Below, piece by piece: positions 37,181 through 51,189 of a DNA stretch of 64,000 nucleotides. Within the stretch, counting starts at the first letter, position 1. The number at the start of each line of letters is the position of its first letter. The DNA lies in NCBI GenBank assembly GCA_032718475.1, contig JAUCBJ010008915.1:1-64000 (forward strand), given 5' to 3'. The stretch comes from Nemertoderma westbladi (Eukaryota > Animalia > Xenacoelomorpha). A model generated the notes under the pieces. It was not told the DNA's origin. It ran no database searches and was given only the letters and a program-made list of their open reading frames with translations. Both the position numbers and the translations under genes were made by a program.

Positions 37181-40100
37181 ATGGCAACTGTTACAACAAT
37201 GAGTTACCTTTCCTCAGCCGTCCCGTTTCTATCGCTGTTGGCCGAACCGGAAGACGAATGCAAAGCATTTGCGCTCAACAAACTGAACGACCTTGTGCAC
37301 TCCTTCTGGCCGGAAATCTCTGAGAACCTAATGGTAGTGGAACAGTTATCCGAGGATGGAACCTTCCCACATCGGAACATAGCGGCACTACTCGCCTCTA
37401 AGATCCACTTCTATCTCGGCTCCTTTGATGACGCGCTGGATTACGCGTTGAAGGCGGAGACGGCGTTTATGACGGACTCGCAGACAGAATACGTACAGAC
37501 CATGGTAACGAAATGCATCGATCGGTACATACTGATAAAGAGTAGGTTGGTAGGGCAGGAGGGGGAAGGCCGAATGGATGACGTCAGACAAAGCGACCGT
37601 CTAGAAGAACTTATTAAGATGATGGTCGAACAAGCTCTAGTAAAGAAGCAGTTTAAGTATGTCGCGGGGTTGGCCATGGAATCTCACAACCTGGATTACC
37701 TTAAACTCGCGATTATTCGCTGCCCCGATAAGTCGGATATCCTGCTCTACTGCTTCCGTATCGGCACCACACTGATCGGGAATCGCGGCTTCCGCAACAA
37801 AGTTCTCAACGTTCTCGTCTACTTCTACAGCCAGTTGGGCCAGCCGGACTACCTCAGTCAGGTCCAGTGCTACATCTTCCTGGACCAGCCGGAAAAGGTC
37901 GCGGACATCCTCAACAAGCTGATGCTGGGTTCGGAACGGGACCAACTGCTCGCCCATCAGATCGCCTTCGACCTGTACGACAGCGCGACGCAGCAGTTCC
38001 TATCGCTCGTGGAATCCCGTCTCACCTCTTCCGGGAGGGACTCCACCGTATCACCGCCCCCCTCCTCCGCTGAACCTTCTTCCGCCGTCTCACCTCCTAG
38101 CGACGAGCCCATGGACGTCGACGCCGGGGAGGCAGCTGATTCATCGCCCTCTAGCGCGGTCGCTGATAAAGCCCCCTCAGTATCGCTGGAGCCGCTTAAA
38201 GCGATACTAAGCGGGGAGACGACCATCGGCCTTTACTTGCAGTTCCTGATCCGGAATAACAAAGCCGATATACAGGTAGGAGCGCTGTGTTGTTATGATA
38301 TAATGATTACCGTACAGTCCATCCATCGCGATTGTACCGGTAAAACTCTTTAATTCAACTTATATTTTTATTGAAACTAGAAATTCAGTTGAAATTGTTT
38401 ATATAAGTATATAATTAATTAATAATAATTATTATAAAATAACGGCCTAATTATTTTATGGCAAATTGCAAATTTTATGTTTATCTTATAATCAATATTG
38501 CCGACACATCCTGTTTATACGTTTAACTCTATTGTCTGTACACTTTACGGAACTGATTCTTGGGTACATTCTGCATTCTAACTAAACCACAATGGTCTAT
38601 TTAGTTAGTTAGTGTTATATTATACGAAATAAACCGTCAAAACAATATAAGGGCGGTTGCGGTGCGACATGTGGGGATCCAAACTCTTTTTAATTTCCCC
38701 GCCATACGTGGTGAATTAATAAAAAAGATATAATATAAAGATATACTCGTCTTCGATCTTGTGAATCTATTCTTGGTTTGAAGGTATCGGCTACATCAAG
38801 CAAGTCGAACAAAGCGGTTCGAATGAGCTTAAAATGAGCTCCGTGACGACTACAGAGTATGAAGTTGTATCAGTTGCTATATCAATCAGAAAAAGGATAT
38901 CATTCTTGTACCGAATTTTTTCAAATTATTTAAGTTTATATTATTGAGTTTATCTGGACACTATTATGTGTCGTTTCGATTACAATTACAACTTCGATTA
39001 CAACACTAATGATTTCAAAGTCTATAATATCGTATGTTTATAAATTTATGAACCAATTAAATTTAATGTTATCCTATTTTTTAGGTATTAAAATCGATAA
39101 AAGACACAGTGAGGAACTCTGTGTGCCACACGGCCACGGTGATGGCGAATGCGTTCGCTTCACTAGGGACGACCAGCGACCAGTTCCTCAGGGACAACCT
39201 CGAGTGGTTGGCGCGCGCCAACAATTGGAGTAAGTTCACGGCCACCGCCTCCTTGGGCCTCATCCACCAACGGCACGAACGGGAGGCCCTCCGACTGATG
39301 GAGACCTACCTGCCCAAGGATTCCTCCTCCTCGTCCAGCTACTCCGAGGGCGGCGGGCTGTACGCCCTCGGGTTGATCCACGCCAACCACGGCGCCGGGA
39401 TCACGGAGTACCTGATCGCCCAGCTGGGCGCCGCGTCCACCGAGGCGGTGCGACACGGCGGCTGTCTGGGGCTGGGTCTCGCCGCCATGGGGACCGGACG
39501 CGGCGACGTCTACCAGCTGCTGCGCTCCCAGCTGTACCAGGACGACGCGGTGACCGGGGAGGCAGCCGGCATCGCTATGGGTCTCGTGATGGTCGGGTCT
39601 AGGGATCTATCCGCTATCAGCGATATGCTCAACTACATGCGGGATTCCGAGCACGAGAAGATCCATCGGGGACTCGCGTTGGGTCTCTCGTTGCTGTGCT
39701 ACGGTGTGCAGGACGACGCGGACGAACTAATAGCGACCTTGTCCCGGGATAAGGACCCGTTGATACGGCGATCGGCGATGTTCACCATCGGGATGGCCTA
39801 CTGCGGGAGCGGGAGCAACGCGAGCGCCCGTCGGTTGCTGCACCACGCGGTGAGCGACGTGAACGACGACGTCCGTCGGGCGGCCTGCGTAGCGATCGGG
39901 TTTGTGCTGTGCCGACACCCGGACCAGTGCCCCAACGTGGTCCGTCTCATCGCGGAGAGCTACAACCCCCACATGCGGGTGGGCAGCGCCTACGCCTTGG
40001 GCATCGCGTGCGCCGGCACCGCTAATAAAGAGGCGTTGGCGCTACTCGAGCCGATGTTTACCGACTCGGTTAACTACGTGAGACAAGGTTCCCTCCTCGC

Positions 40101-40929
40101 CGCCTCCTTTATTCTCGTTCAGCACACCGAGGCGATGACAAGTAAAGCCAAGGATCTAAGAGACGTTATTAATAAGATTATCAACGATAAACACGAAGAC
40201 GTTATGGCTAAGTTCGGCGCCATTCTCAGTCGCGGCATCATTGACGCTTCGGGTAAGAACGCGACTATCTCCCTCGTCTCCCGAACCGGCCATTTAAACA
40301 TGCCCTCGGTCGTGGGTATCCTGGTTTTCACTCACTTCTGGTACTGGTTCCCCGCCGTCCACTTCCTCTCGCTCGCCTTCATCCCTTCCTGCATCATCGG
40401 CCTCAATAAGGACCTCCGGATGCCCAAGATCGGTTTCCGCAGCAACGCGAAACCCTCGCTCTACGCCTACTCCGCGCCAATCGAGGAGAAAAAGGGGAAG
40501 GAGAAAGAGAAAGTCGCCACCGCCATTCTCTCGATAACTAATAAGAAAAAGAAGAAAGAGAAAGATGATACCGCTGATGAATCTGTTAAAGACGTTGATA
40601 TGGAGGTTGTAGAGGAGACAACCGATGAGACAACGACGAAACCGAAACCCGAGGCCTCCTTCTCGTTGCTAAGCAACCCGTGTAGAGCGTTGCCATCGCA
40701 ACTGAAGGTAGTCGTCGCCGAAGGGTCTCGGTATTCCCCGATGAAGCCGTTGAGTAACGGAGGTATTATAATGCTGTGCGATGGTGAACCGAACGCCGAG
40801 CCCGAGATGGTGGAGGATGTGGCGCCGGCGGCTGGCGGTGGCGGTGCCGAAGGGGGGGCCACCGCCGGTGAGGGAGGGGCCGAGGAGGTGGAGCCCGAAC
40901 CTCCGCTACCGTTCGAATGGAGGGAGTGA
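37181..40929 (+). CDS. PSMD1: 26S proteasome regulatory subunit Rpn2; exons 37181-38275 and 39085-40929 (979 aa)
   Basis: [35 protein letters not shown] repeats, C-terminal [10 protein letters not shown]. Phase-0 GT-AG intron 38276-39084. Confidence 0.97.
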
Positions 40930-42029
40930 ACCGATTAGGGGTCCGTCGTCTGTCTGTTTGCGATTAACTTTTTCACGTAACTTATAAAACGCCCATCAAT
41001 TAATTCACAAACATAAACCTTATTTACATTGGAACTCTACTGATTTTGGTAACTCTACTGATTTTTGAGAAATGTTTTATTTGTAGCCGAATTTTGTTTC
41101 CTTTGAATGAAAGGAATCGGTTTAATTGGGAAATTGATCCAAATTTGTTTTATATATTTAGGAGAATCGGCGAGTTACGGGGGCGTAACGAGGTAAAGTT
41201 TGTTCAGTGGTGAATCCAATTAATTTGTTGGTAAATTCAATAATCTAATACAAATCATTGCAGGTAACATCAACAAGAGGTACCGTGGCCTTCACCACCG
41301 CATCAAAACGTTATTTACAAGCGTTCCGAAAAGGTGTTGCAAAAGTCATACCGCAGTTATATTACGTCATGCCGCAGTTATATTACGTGACTCTTGATTT
41401 GTTGGTATTTGTACTGAATAAACGGATTCCAAATCTGTAAAACAAATCTCTGAGTTTCGTTGTGAATCGCAAAAGATACAATTAGTCTCGCGTAGATGCA
41501 AAAACATACCACTTTCAAAGTAAAAATTCAAATTAAAGTTTTCTTCGGCTGTTGGGACAGCATTTCCAGTTGTTCCCCAGAACTATTAGTTCCCCGGAGG
41601 AAATACAGTTATTTAGGTACCATTAAAGGAGTTGGTGTAGTGAATCGTCTAGAACAAACATCAGACAAACAAACAGAATAACTCCACCAAAGGTTCAAAG
41701 CCAAATAGTTACCATTGGCGAATGTATCCACCAATGACGACTCTCGATCACCACACCTCGATTTAAGGTAAATCATTAATTAATGAAAATTAAAGTTTTG
41801 AGATGGGGTACTAGAGGTAAATCCCATCTCGGAGAATTAATATATCTTTATATCAATTAAGGGAAAAGAGCAGGTTAAAGTGGCACATAATTAAATGATT
41901 GCAGCTTTCAGATCACTGTACGATGGTTCCACCACATTTGTGTCTACCGCTGATGGTGATACAGATCCATGATACGTATTTTGGGGAGTCCTTCAAGGTG
42001 ACACACTTGCACCATTCTTATTCGTAATT

Positions 42030-42790
42030 GTGGTTGATTATGTTCTACACATGTCCTTCCACCATCTTAAATAAATATGGGGTGTTGGTAACACAAGAAG
42101 TAGAGGAAATCCAGCTAAGTACCTAACTGATCTAGACTTTGCTGATGACTTAGGGGTACTGTCAGAATCACTAGAGGGGGCCCAAAGGCTTTCTGCTCAT
42201 TGGAGCAGGAGCAATCTTGACTTCTTCTACTTGGGATCATGGATCAGAAAGTTAGATGAAGACCTTCGGATACGTAATGGGAAGGCATGGGCAGCGTTAA
42301 ATAGTCTGTCCAAAATTTGGAAGTCCCATAGAATAAAACGGTACCTTAAGGTTCGATTATTTATGGCAACAGTAGTACCAGTGCTCCTATATGGGAGTCC
42401 ATGATGGGCTCTAACTGCAGAGGATACCAAATCTCTGGATGGGACTTTTACAAGAATGCTTCGCCGGGTTCATTATGTCTCCCCCTAGCTTGACACTTGA
42501 AAGGAACCGCCTCCGCTTTGCAGGACATTGCTTTTGCCGTGAGGGCCAGCCAGTGTATAATCTTTTGCTTTGGCGTCTAATGGAGTGTGAATAAGCATTG
42601 TGGACAGCCGGTGACTTGAGTCGCCTCTTAAAGGACACTGGCCTTGAAGATGCGGATGATCTAGAAAATGTCATTGGTGATGGTGAATTGTGGCGGCGCC
42701 ATTTTGTCGACAAGACGGTACAGCATTCTTAATATATTTGTAACATATATAATGTAGCTGCAATGCAGCAGGCCGATAGTAGTAGTAGTA
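42030..42790 (+). mobile_element. Degraded, internally deleted RTE-clade LINE
   Basis: Encodes LTDLDFADDL, YLGSWI and VLLYG fragments. Ends in (TAG)n at 42777-42790. Confidence 0.8.
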
Positions 42791-44100
42791 GGCACCCAAC
42801 CAAAACAAACAGAGGCGTAGCAAGCCCTTGTGGCGCCCCGGAGAATGAAGCTGAGATAGCGCCCCCCGTCTTCAAAATAATTTTAACTTTTCATTTATGA
42901 CGTTTTTTCTTAAATATTATATATATCTAACAGTATATAACTATAAGTATGTATCACACTAGTTTGATATAGTGCACTAGTGCATCTCATTGAATGGCGA
43001 GGGGAGCGAGCAGATAAATTGTTCCATATTTTCGCTTATGGCACATGTCCTCTATATGGGTGAGTAGGCCTACGCCCGGGAGACTTTTTTTTCCTACAGA
43101 TGCTTCGATGACTCTTATTATACAGTAGTTGGGCGACCCGCAATATCCAAATACCTAGCATAGGGAGTCTTTTACGTAAACGAACCAATAAACCCGCTTC
43201 CGCATTGAAACGTAAACTCTTAATTCATTACATATTATACCACCACATTCAGCTGTATAAAAAATGTGCATGTTGCCATGGTAATTAGGTATACAACATA
43301 CAACAATTATTTCATAACATTTAACTTTAGCAGTTATAGGCCTACTCTACCGTAACTATACTACTGCTGTACTGTAATACAAGTATTCGGTTCAGTAATA
43401 AATCAGTGTAACATTACGCGCCTTTATTTTTGAATCAAACAGTATGGCCCTACCGGTAGCTCGTATATATTAACTTCACCGGTTGCCTGTAGGTCCCCCT
43501 CCACTTTTCACTCTCAGCCATTTCACACGAACAGCACCCTCTCCATCTTTTTGGGCTCTATCTTAGTCGTACGGTAACAAACTTAACTTTTTTAGTTGTT
43601 TGCAGGCTTACCGGTTCTTTCCTGCTGCAGTTGCAGTTAAGTCATTCAGTGGTTTGACTGTATCCCTGGTTGGTTTCCTGTTGTGCTAGTGTGCATTGAT
43701 CAGGCCAAAACTCTCATTAAAACCATACTGCTGTATCAAAACTGTAATTTAACACTATGTCCCCCCTTGCCATAACCGCAAAGGCGCAAACCCTATGTCA
43801 TGAGGCCCTAATATAATAGGCCTAGACTATACATTATTGTTGAATAGGTTAGGAACTACTGCAGTACTGTATGAGAGACTACCCTAGTAACCTAATGTAG
43901 TCCATGAGACCACCATATGCTATACCAGCATGCTGCATCAGTCATACTCAATTACATTTGGAGTTAGGCACCTTTGTTACTAATTACTGAATTAGGCCTA
44001 TTCGGAGTCGGAGATCATTTCGGTTGCCGTGCAGAGGTATCTGCCTGTTATTCCTGGTATTATTAGAATTTGGTTTGATTTAGGATTCTGTTTTCGCGAC

Positions 44101-44736
44101 ATGGATATGGAATGTACCACAACCTCTGCCGATACAAACAAGTGTTTGCATCTTTGCGATACGGCGAATCTACGTATTAGTGAGAACAATGAGCGGGGCG
44201 CCGAGACCAGCGCCGTTTCATCGAGTCAGGGAGAGTTGACCCACAATGGAGCCACCGGAGATTATCTGAAACCGTTCGAAATCGCTCCCAACCCATTCGA
44301 TCTGGACCTACAAGATGAATCGTCTAGCGATGATTCCGCCCAATTCGACATCGTTATAGGTCATATCGAGGATATTGTGTTAGAACCATCTTTCAATGAA
44401 CTCAAGTACAAATTTATCGATAAATATTACGCAGAATTTGACGATTCGGAAGAAAACAAATTTATTTACACTGACATATTTAAAGAATACCAAGAATTGT
44501 TTGAGAATTACATAGAAAACCAACTGAGGTTAAGAATCCCGGGATTTTCTATGGAGGAATTTTCCAAGGAGATACAACTCCGGAAAAGTGAACTGGATGG
44601 AGAGATATTCGAAATCTTGTATTCTTTATCTGACTTTATTGTTTTCAAAGAATTAATGTTAGATTACAAAGCAGATAAAGAAGGTAGTTGTGTTGACTTG
44701 AGTTTTGCTCTCACAGTTACATCATTGCAACGCTAA
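44101..44736 (+). CDS. ARL2BP: ADP-ribosylation factor-like 2-binding protein (BART domain), intronless
   Basis: FDIVIGHIEDIV...EFDDSEENKFIYTDIFKEY...GEIFEILYSLSDFIVFKELMLDYK. First ATG at 44101. Confidence 0.9.
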   Translation: MDMECTTTSADTNKCLHLCDTANLRISENNERGAETSAVSSSQGELTHNGATGDYLKPFEIAPNPFDLDLQDESSSDDSAQFDIVIGHIEDIVLEPSFNELKYKFIDKYYAEFDDSEENKFIYTDIFKEYQELFENYIENQLRLRIPGFSMEEFSKEIQLRKSELDGEIFEILYSLSDFIVFKELMLDYKADKEGSCVDLSFALTVTSLQR

Positions 44737-44925
44737 CGGCTAATGGTTACTGCTACCTTTATTCTGTTATTGTTCATTCCATAATTTTGTTTTTTGCTAC
44801 AACAGTAACCTATGATTGACAGTATTCTCAGTTCGTAATATAGTTACGTTTTCAGTGTTGTAACTTAATCAATATTGTATACAAAGCATGTTGTATGTCG
44901 GATGTGTGTGTGTGTGTGTGTATTA

Positions 44926-45573
44926 GACGAGTCAATCTAGCAAAAAAAAAACCATAAGTATTTCGCAATTATTCCGAACCACATATTTTGGATTCTATAT
45001 TACCTTTTTAATAAAAAAAAGTGTGTAAAATGTTATTTTTCACATAGATTTCATATAGATTTTTACAAAGATTGTCCACATAATAAAATTGTGATTGCTC
45101 TATTGATTTTAAGTGTAATTTATTTAATTGTTTTAGTGTAAAAACCACAGAAGTTTATAATATAACAAATTAATTCTTTGGGGATAGTTATACATCGACC
45201 CGTTTAGTAGTGAAGTTGTGTTAATAAGCTCTCTGTATTGTACCAGCAAAGTTGGTATTAAAAATGGTTTAATTATTAGACAAATTTCCGTTGCTCTGGA
45301 AACTAAATTGGTAACTATCTAGAAGTGCATACTTCTGTAAATCGATAGTCATTAGAGTAAAGTTTGTCTGTACCAAATTTGGAGAAAATCCCACCAATAG
45401 ACCCCTTGTTGCTAAGTAAAATCCATGTTGCTAAGGAAAGAAACAGGAAATTGAAAGTGATCCGCATAATATATTTTTGTAGAATTTTTAGGGGTATTAA
45501 CAAGGTAATGTAGAATAATAAATAGTTGGTTTGGATGAATGTTGACCCCCTTTTTTGGTTAGATTGACTCGAC
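44926..45573. mobile_element. MITE with TA/TWA flanks
   Basis: TIRs GACGAGTCAATCTA/TAGATTGACTCGAC. Its left end is also present inverted at about 12490-13525. Confidence 0.75.
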
Positions 45574-46068
45574 TAATGATGTATGTGATATTGAATTGCC
45601 AGCGTGTTTGTCTATTAATACAATATTTACAGGTCGTCACTTTCCGTTATTTAATAAAGAGTTTTTATAAGTTTGTCTGAGATTACAGTGATCTCTGTTT
45701 AATTAGGCTTCGGTGCCTATTTATTATATATTCTCGAACTTGTACCGGTAGTCAAGGCAGGATGGCATAACGAAACAATTTTAATTTTATTTAGTTTCAT
45801 TTTGTCAAGTCCTGATCAAATTCTCGTTTCGTTTCCTACTTTTTTAATTATTTACATTATCGTGTGTAAAATATAACTTTTCATCGATATGACCCGCGTG
45901 TATTTATATATCGGAGGTTTACATACACAATGTCCTGGAATATAGTGTCGTTATTCAGGTACCTGTCCCCGTTGGCCCCCAATTCAGCCAGAATTGCTTT
46001 CAATCTTTTGCTACAATCGTTTGATATCGACATCTATGCGAGGTTATTTTATTCCTTTTAATAAATAC

Positions 46069-46769
46069 TAGGGATGTTGCGAATGTCATATTTTTAACAT
46101 CCGCGGATGCGGATGCGGATGTCTATTAAAACATATATATTTTTGCCTGGCCTCCCTTTTACATCGAGGTTATACCAGCATTTTAATATTATATTCTAAT
46201 CTTATATTAATAAACTAACAAGAGTCTAAGGTTATAGAACAGAATGGGACATAATATAACAAAACAATAATACAACAAACATTTTTTATATTGTTCCCGT
46301 GTATTAGTGTATAACCTGTATGGCCTACAGCTTACGCAGTATTGCATTGCAACATTGTACCGATTCATGGGCATAGGCTGCCCAGTAATGCGTCGTAGGT
46401 CATGTGAGTGGTCGTTGGGTCCTGGTCCTGGCCTTCGTCATGAGGTTTTGGGACATTTGGTCCTGGCATAATACAGTACAGTAGTTTATTTTGCATCTGG
46501 CCAAGTTGATATAAGAAATAATTTTGATATTTAATACTTTGATAATTTTAAGATAAAATAAAAAAAATTTCATAAGGGAAAAAGTAATTATTATTGAAAA
46601 TTTAATTCAGTGGTTGCTGGACCTTCAGACAGGATGCTTGAATAGTGCAGGTAACATCCGCATGTTACATCCGCATGGCATGGGTGCGGATGCGGATGCG
46701 AAAAATCATGCGGATATCCGCGGATGCGGATATCCGCGGATGCGGATGCGGACATTCGCCACATCCCTA
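46069..46769. mobile_element. hAT-type MITE
   Basis: TIRs TAGGGATGTTGCGAATGTC/GACATTCGCCACATCCCTA, perfect 8-bp TSD ATAAATAC, subterminal GCGGAT repeats. Confidence 0.92.
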
Positions 46770-48528
46770 ATAAATACAGCATATTCTGGAACATTTGTTT
46801 ATATCATGAGTAGCTGGGGAAAATACATTACATCTGTTTAATCGTATTTACGTAGCTATTAAAATGTATTCATATATTATTAGCAAGTCGTTAGACTTGA
46901 TTACTGTAAGAAAAAACGGCTACTGGCTACTGACTACTGGCTACTGACTACTGACCTAGAGCAAAAACTGCTCTAACGATTTCGATGAAATTTTGCATGA
47001 ACCATGAAAATGGATTTCTAAGGGTACTTGTGAAATCGCGGTTTAAATTGAAACATCTCAACTTGTTTTATTTCGACAAATAGCCCCTAAACACGAAAAT
47101 TGCCATAGGCGCAATGATAAAAACACCAGCTGGCACTCATGAAAAATGTATAGAGATGGCCAGGTAGGTGTAAAACGCGGATCCGGATACGGATTCCAAA
47201 ATTATCAATTAAGGGAAAGGAGCACGTTACAGTGGCACGTAATTTTAACCAAAACAATAAACTAAAGTCAATGGAACAGGTTATAGTTTTATTTTTGGGA
47301 GTTATAAAAATGTAAAAAAAAATCGACTTCCGTAGGGACAACGTTTCCTTTTTTCTCTAGTCTCTCGACTCTATTAACCTGGCTTGAGCACGGCAGGTAA
47401 AATACATCTGGAATAGTTATAATAAGTTATACACTTTTCCCATGTAATAAATAGTTAATTTTTAATATAACGAAACCAAACAAATTACGAAACTAAACAT
47501 TTCGTTTCATTGAGTCATTTTAATGAATTGTTTATTTATTTCCGCGTAAAGTTTTTTTCGTTACGTTCTTGTTTTCGTTTGGTTATAATTGCATTCCTGC
47601 TTGTGCGTGAAATACACTGAGTGATATTCACAGTTTGCAGTAAATGGGTATTGTGTTGCCAGGAAAAGAAATATAAATTTCGTAATCACTTAATTTGCTG
47701 TGAATATTAGTGGCAGACGTTCACGGCAATTACTTAATTAAGAATTATTATTAAGTTTTTGTTGTGAAAACGAATTAAAGGATCACAATCGTAATATTTG
47801 ACCACCACCATATATGGGCTAGGCTCTTATGGTGGATTACTTGTGGCCTCGATAATAGCGGGATACAGGATAGTTGATGGTGCAGCCAAGTAAGTCTATC
47901 ATATAGTCAATACAATATCAGATATTATTAGCCTAGCTGATTTTAACGTCGTGTTATTAACTCCGAGAACTTTTTGGTATCACGAAGTTACTTTTAAATT
48001 TGTAATGTTTGAAACCCCGAGGTCTTGTACATCTCAAGTGGAACTCCATGGTTGTGATGTTCATCTGCTTTTATCATTTAATTTACTACGGCCGTAACCC
48101 GCAACCTCTGCAAAATCACCAATAAGAATACCAGAGGGGACCGGTACCATAACCTACACAGAGTCGCGCAGCACGCACTAATTACTGGATAGTAATTACC
48201 GTAGTTTCTTTCTGTGGCAGTTGGACAACAACTCTTTCATGCAGAGAGCAGGTTTACTTCATGCCATTGTACACATTGCGCTGCTCATTGTAGATCGATG
48301 TAGAAAGACAATTAGGATACCCTAATTATATTTACGCGAACGACAATAAATTAATCCTAGTCTTATTTAAAGTGTTTATTGTTAGATTTGGCTCCTTGTA
48401 ACATGTAAACTGGTGGAGGGTCTTAAATTGACGTAAAATAAAACAATTTAAGCAAAATCTCTTTAGTTACTGAATTAGTAAGTGGTAAATAATACATTTA
48501 CAAGAAACACAATATTTTACTGTTCAAA

Positions 48529-51042
48529 TTATTGTAAAATTGGTGCAATTCTACTTTTTCTCATCTTAGCAAACTTTTTTTCGAACACAACTTTCTCCTG
48601 AAATGGGTCATACGGGAAACATTCGGACTTGGATATCAAAACGCCGCGTTCCCCCTCTCTCGTTTTCTCTGTGTCGTTTGGTGTGCGATATTCTTCCTTC
48701 ATCGACTTGCAACTATCTCCTCCCTTTGTCTTGCGATTCTTTGAATGAATTGGACTCTCTTTATGTGCCGATGTTGGACTCTTTGGAGTGTCCCTGCTCC
48801 TCAAACTCGGCTTGCCATGTGTCCCGTCCATAGGAAGATCTTTCAGAACGTTGGGGAAAAGACTTTTCGGGGCACCAAATTTATCATCTTTTCCTATGCA
48901 TTTTCTCACACCCTCCTGCAGGATATGCATATCCTTAGGAGATACTTTGTCTAAAGACAGATGACCATTCACAAATTGCTTCACCAAGTCCATGCACCTA
49001 TTCTCTATTGTCACTACCCACGGTTGTCCACTAACTGAAGTCTGGGCTGTTGCATCTCTAGTTCTCACCTTCTGGCATCGCACGCAGCATATGCGCTGGA
49101 GACTGGCGTTATCTCTCTTGAGCCAAGCCTCATTTCGTCTCGCCCAACCCGGTAAACTGGCGGGAGTTTGTTTCACGGAATACGGCAGGCCATCCGACGC
49201 AGACCCATTCATCTTCCGCAAATGCGATATAGCACGCGGTGATTCACTGAGAACAGCACCTTCTTCTGATAATCTTACATGATCATTCGTTTGTCGATCA
49301 TATTCGCGAGATTTCCCATAACAAGTCTGAGATTGGTCTCCGACATTTCTCTCTAATCTTTCAATTCTCCTCTTCATTTTTGCATTTGTAGCGCGAAGTT
49401 GCTCGTTAATAATCCGTTCCGTCAAATGACGACTTAACAACTTGCCAGCCATCACATGTATGTCTCCGACCTCAATGGCCCCGGGGGTGTCTGGTGAACA
49501 CTCATACTCACTGAGATCGAGAGGGTTTATTTGATATTCTTTGTCCAGCGGCGGTGATTCTTTGTCCAGTAGAGGCTGGACGATTTCCACGATGTTTCCG
49601 CAATTGGAGTTGGCCTTGCTCTTCCATTCCGCTAACTGAAGGCTCTGAATTTCTATCTTCTCTTTAAACTCAAGATTTTGCAACGTTAGACTTCGATTGC
49701 GTTGTTGGAAGTCACTCTGAATGAAACTTAGAGCTTTTAAAGCCAAGTGCTGTTGAAGTGAATCGTTTTCCAAATCGCATTTCATGCGCTTCATAATTTT
49801 TTCAATATCGCGAACTCTCACAGGGACTTTTTGAAGGTGCGCCTCGTTTGTATACTGTAGGATTTTCTCCGCAGCTTTGGTCCACATATTCTCCTGTTCA
49901 GCTAAAATACCCAGAGAAGCATCATCGTGGAGTTTTGCAATCTCGGCGACACTCCCTCTTATCTCGGTAAACAACTTTTCTCTCTGCCCTACGCCTGTCG
50001 CTTCATGTTTACCTTCATCGGACGTGGCGTCGGATGACTTCATTTTCCTGAGACCACGCTTGAGTTTTATTAAAGCTTCCCGCACCTTTTCTTCAATGTA
50101 ACCAACTCTGACATTGTCTTCTTTCAGTCCCTCCAGTTGCTCTAAGCCCCTTTCCTCTTTGTCTCTAAACCAGTCATGGAGGGACGTTATTAGTTTTTCC
50201 TCCTGTATGTGTCTGCGTTGAAGTTCTGTTGCTTGGTTCCAATACTTAACCATAATAGCCTCTATCGATGACGACAGGCCCTGATCTTCAGTGCTTTCTC
50301 CTTCGACTCCTAGATCGCAAAAATAGCTCTTGATACCATCTGATTTTTTAGACAAATCCCTATGAAAAAAAACAACCTAGTAAGAAGGGAAAAAATAGCA
50401 AGGGGGAACTTTTACATTAATAATAATTTATTGTGTTGTAATTGCACTTTTTTGAATTGAAATTATTCTCTATTGCAGTAACCGCATTTAGCAAATAAAT
50501 AAATTATTGACCATCAATTTTACTCACCTTGAAATCCTATCCAATTCGGCGATGACATCATCCATGGAATTGATTTTAATATCAACGACGACTTCCACAT
50601 TATTTTCAGGTGGACCGGATTTTTTTTCAGTTTCCTTACTGACCAAAAATAAATCAAACGCAGTTTCTTCAGCAATAGACCTCATACTTGCACTTGGCAT
50701 GGTAACTTTACTGCAACCACTGGTCACTTTGGCCCTATGTATGGACGTGGATTTAACATGAATCGTTGAACTTTCCTTGCTGCTGTATGTGTTTGACCAA
50801 GAACCTTGACTGCTGACAATCTGTGAACTTTCTATTGACATATCTTTGGAGCTCGGTACCATAGACCTACTTTGTGATTGTATTAGCGAAACAGATCGAC
50901 CTTTCTTGGGAGATGCACTGCCGATATCCGAGGGTGTTTTATCTTTCGTGATTGAAACTGTAACATTGCGACGGGATTCCACACTACGTCGACTGTGTAT
51001 GGAGGGAGTGTGAGAGTTACTGGAATCACTGTTACACATCAT
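48529..51042 (-). CDS. Unrecognised coiled-coil protein with Ser-rich N-terminus; exons 51042-50528 and 50359-48529 (781 aa)
   Basis: Donor AG|GTGAGT and acceptor TTTTTTCATAG join the 172-aa and 608-aa ORFs in frame. Confidence 0.75.
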
Positions 51043-51189
51043 CTTAGTATTTTGATCGAAGGTTTACAAATTTACAATCCAGTAGTTAATAGTTATTTGT
51101 GATCTAATCATTTACCACCACCAATTCAAGGTCTGTAAATAAATAAAGCGGACCCTCTCACACTGAGTAACATTTGTCGTGTCTGCCAC

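Noticed and set aside
37388-40862. Antisense ORFs over PSMD1 and other genes
   Set aside because: Shadow frames of GC-rich coding sequence with no independent motifs.
41852-41892. About 40-bp match to 47203-47245 as a regulatory element
   Set aside because: Starts TTAA-GGG like a transposon terminus; most likely an orphan MITE end, and no partner TIR was found.
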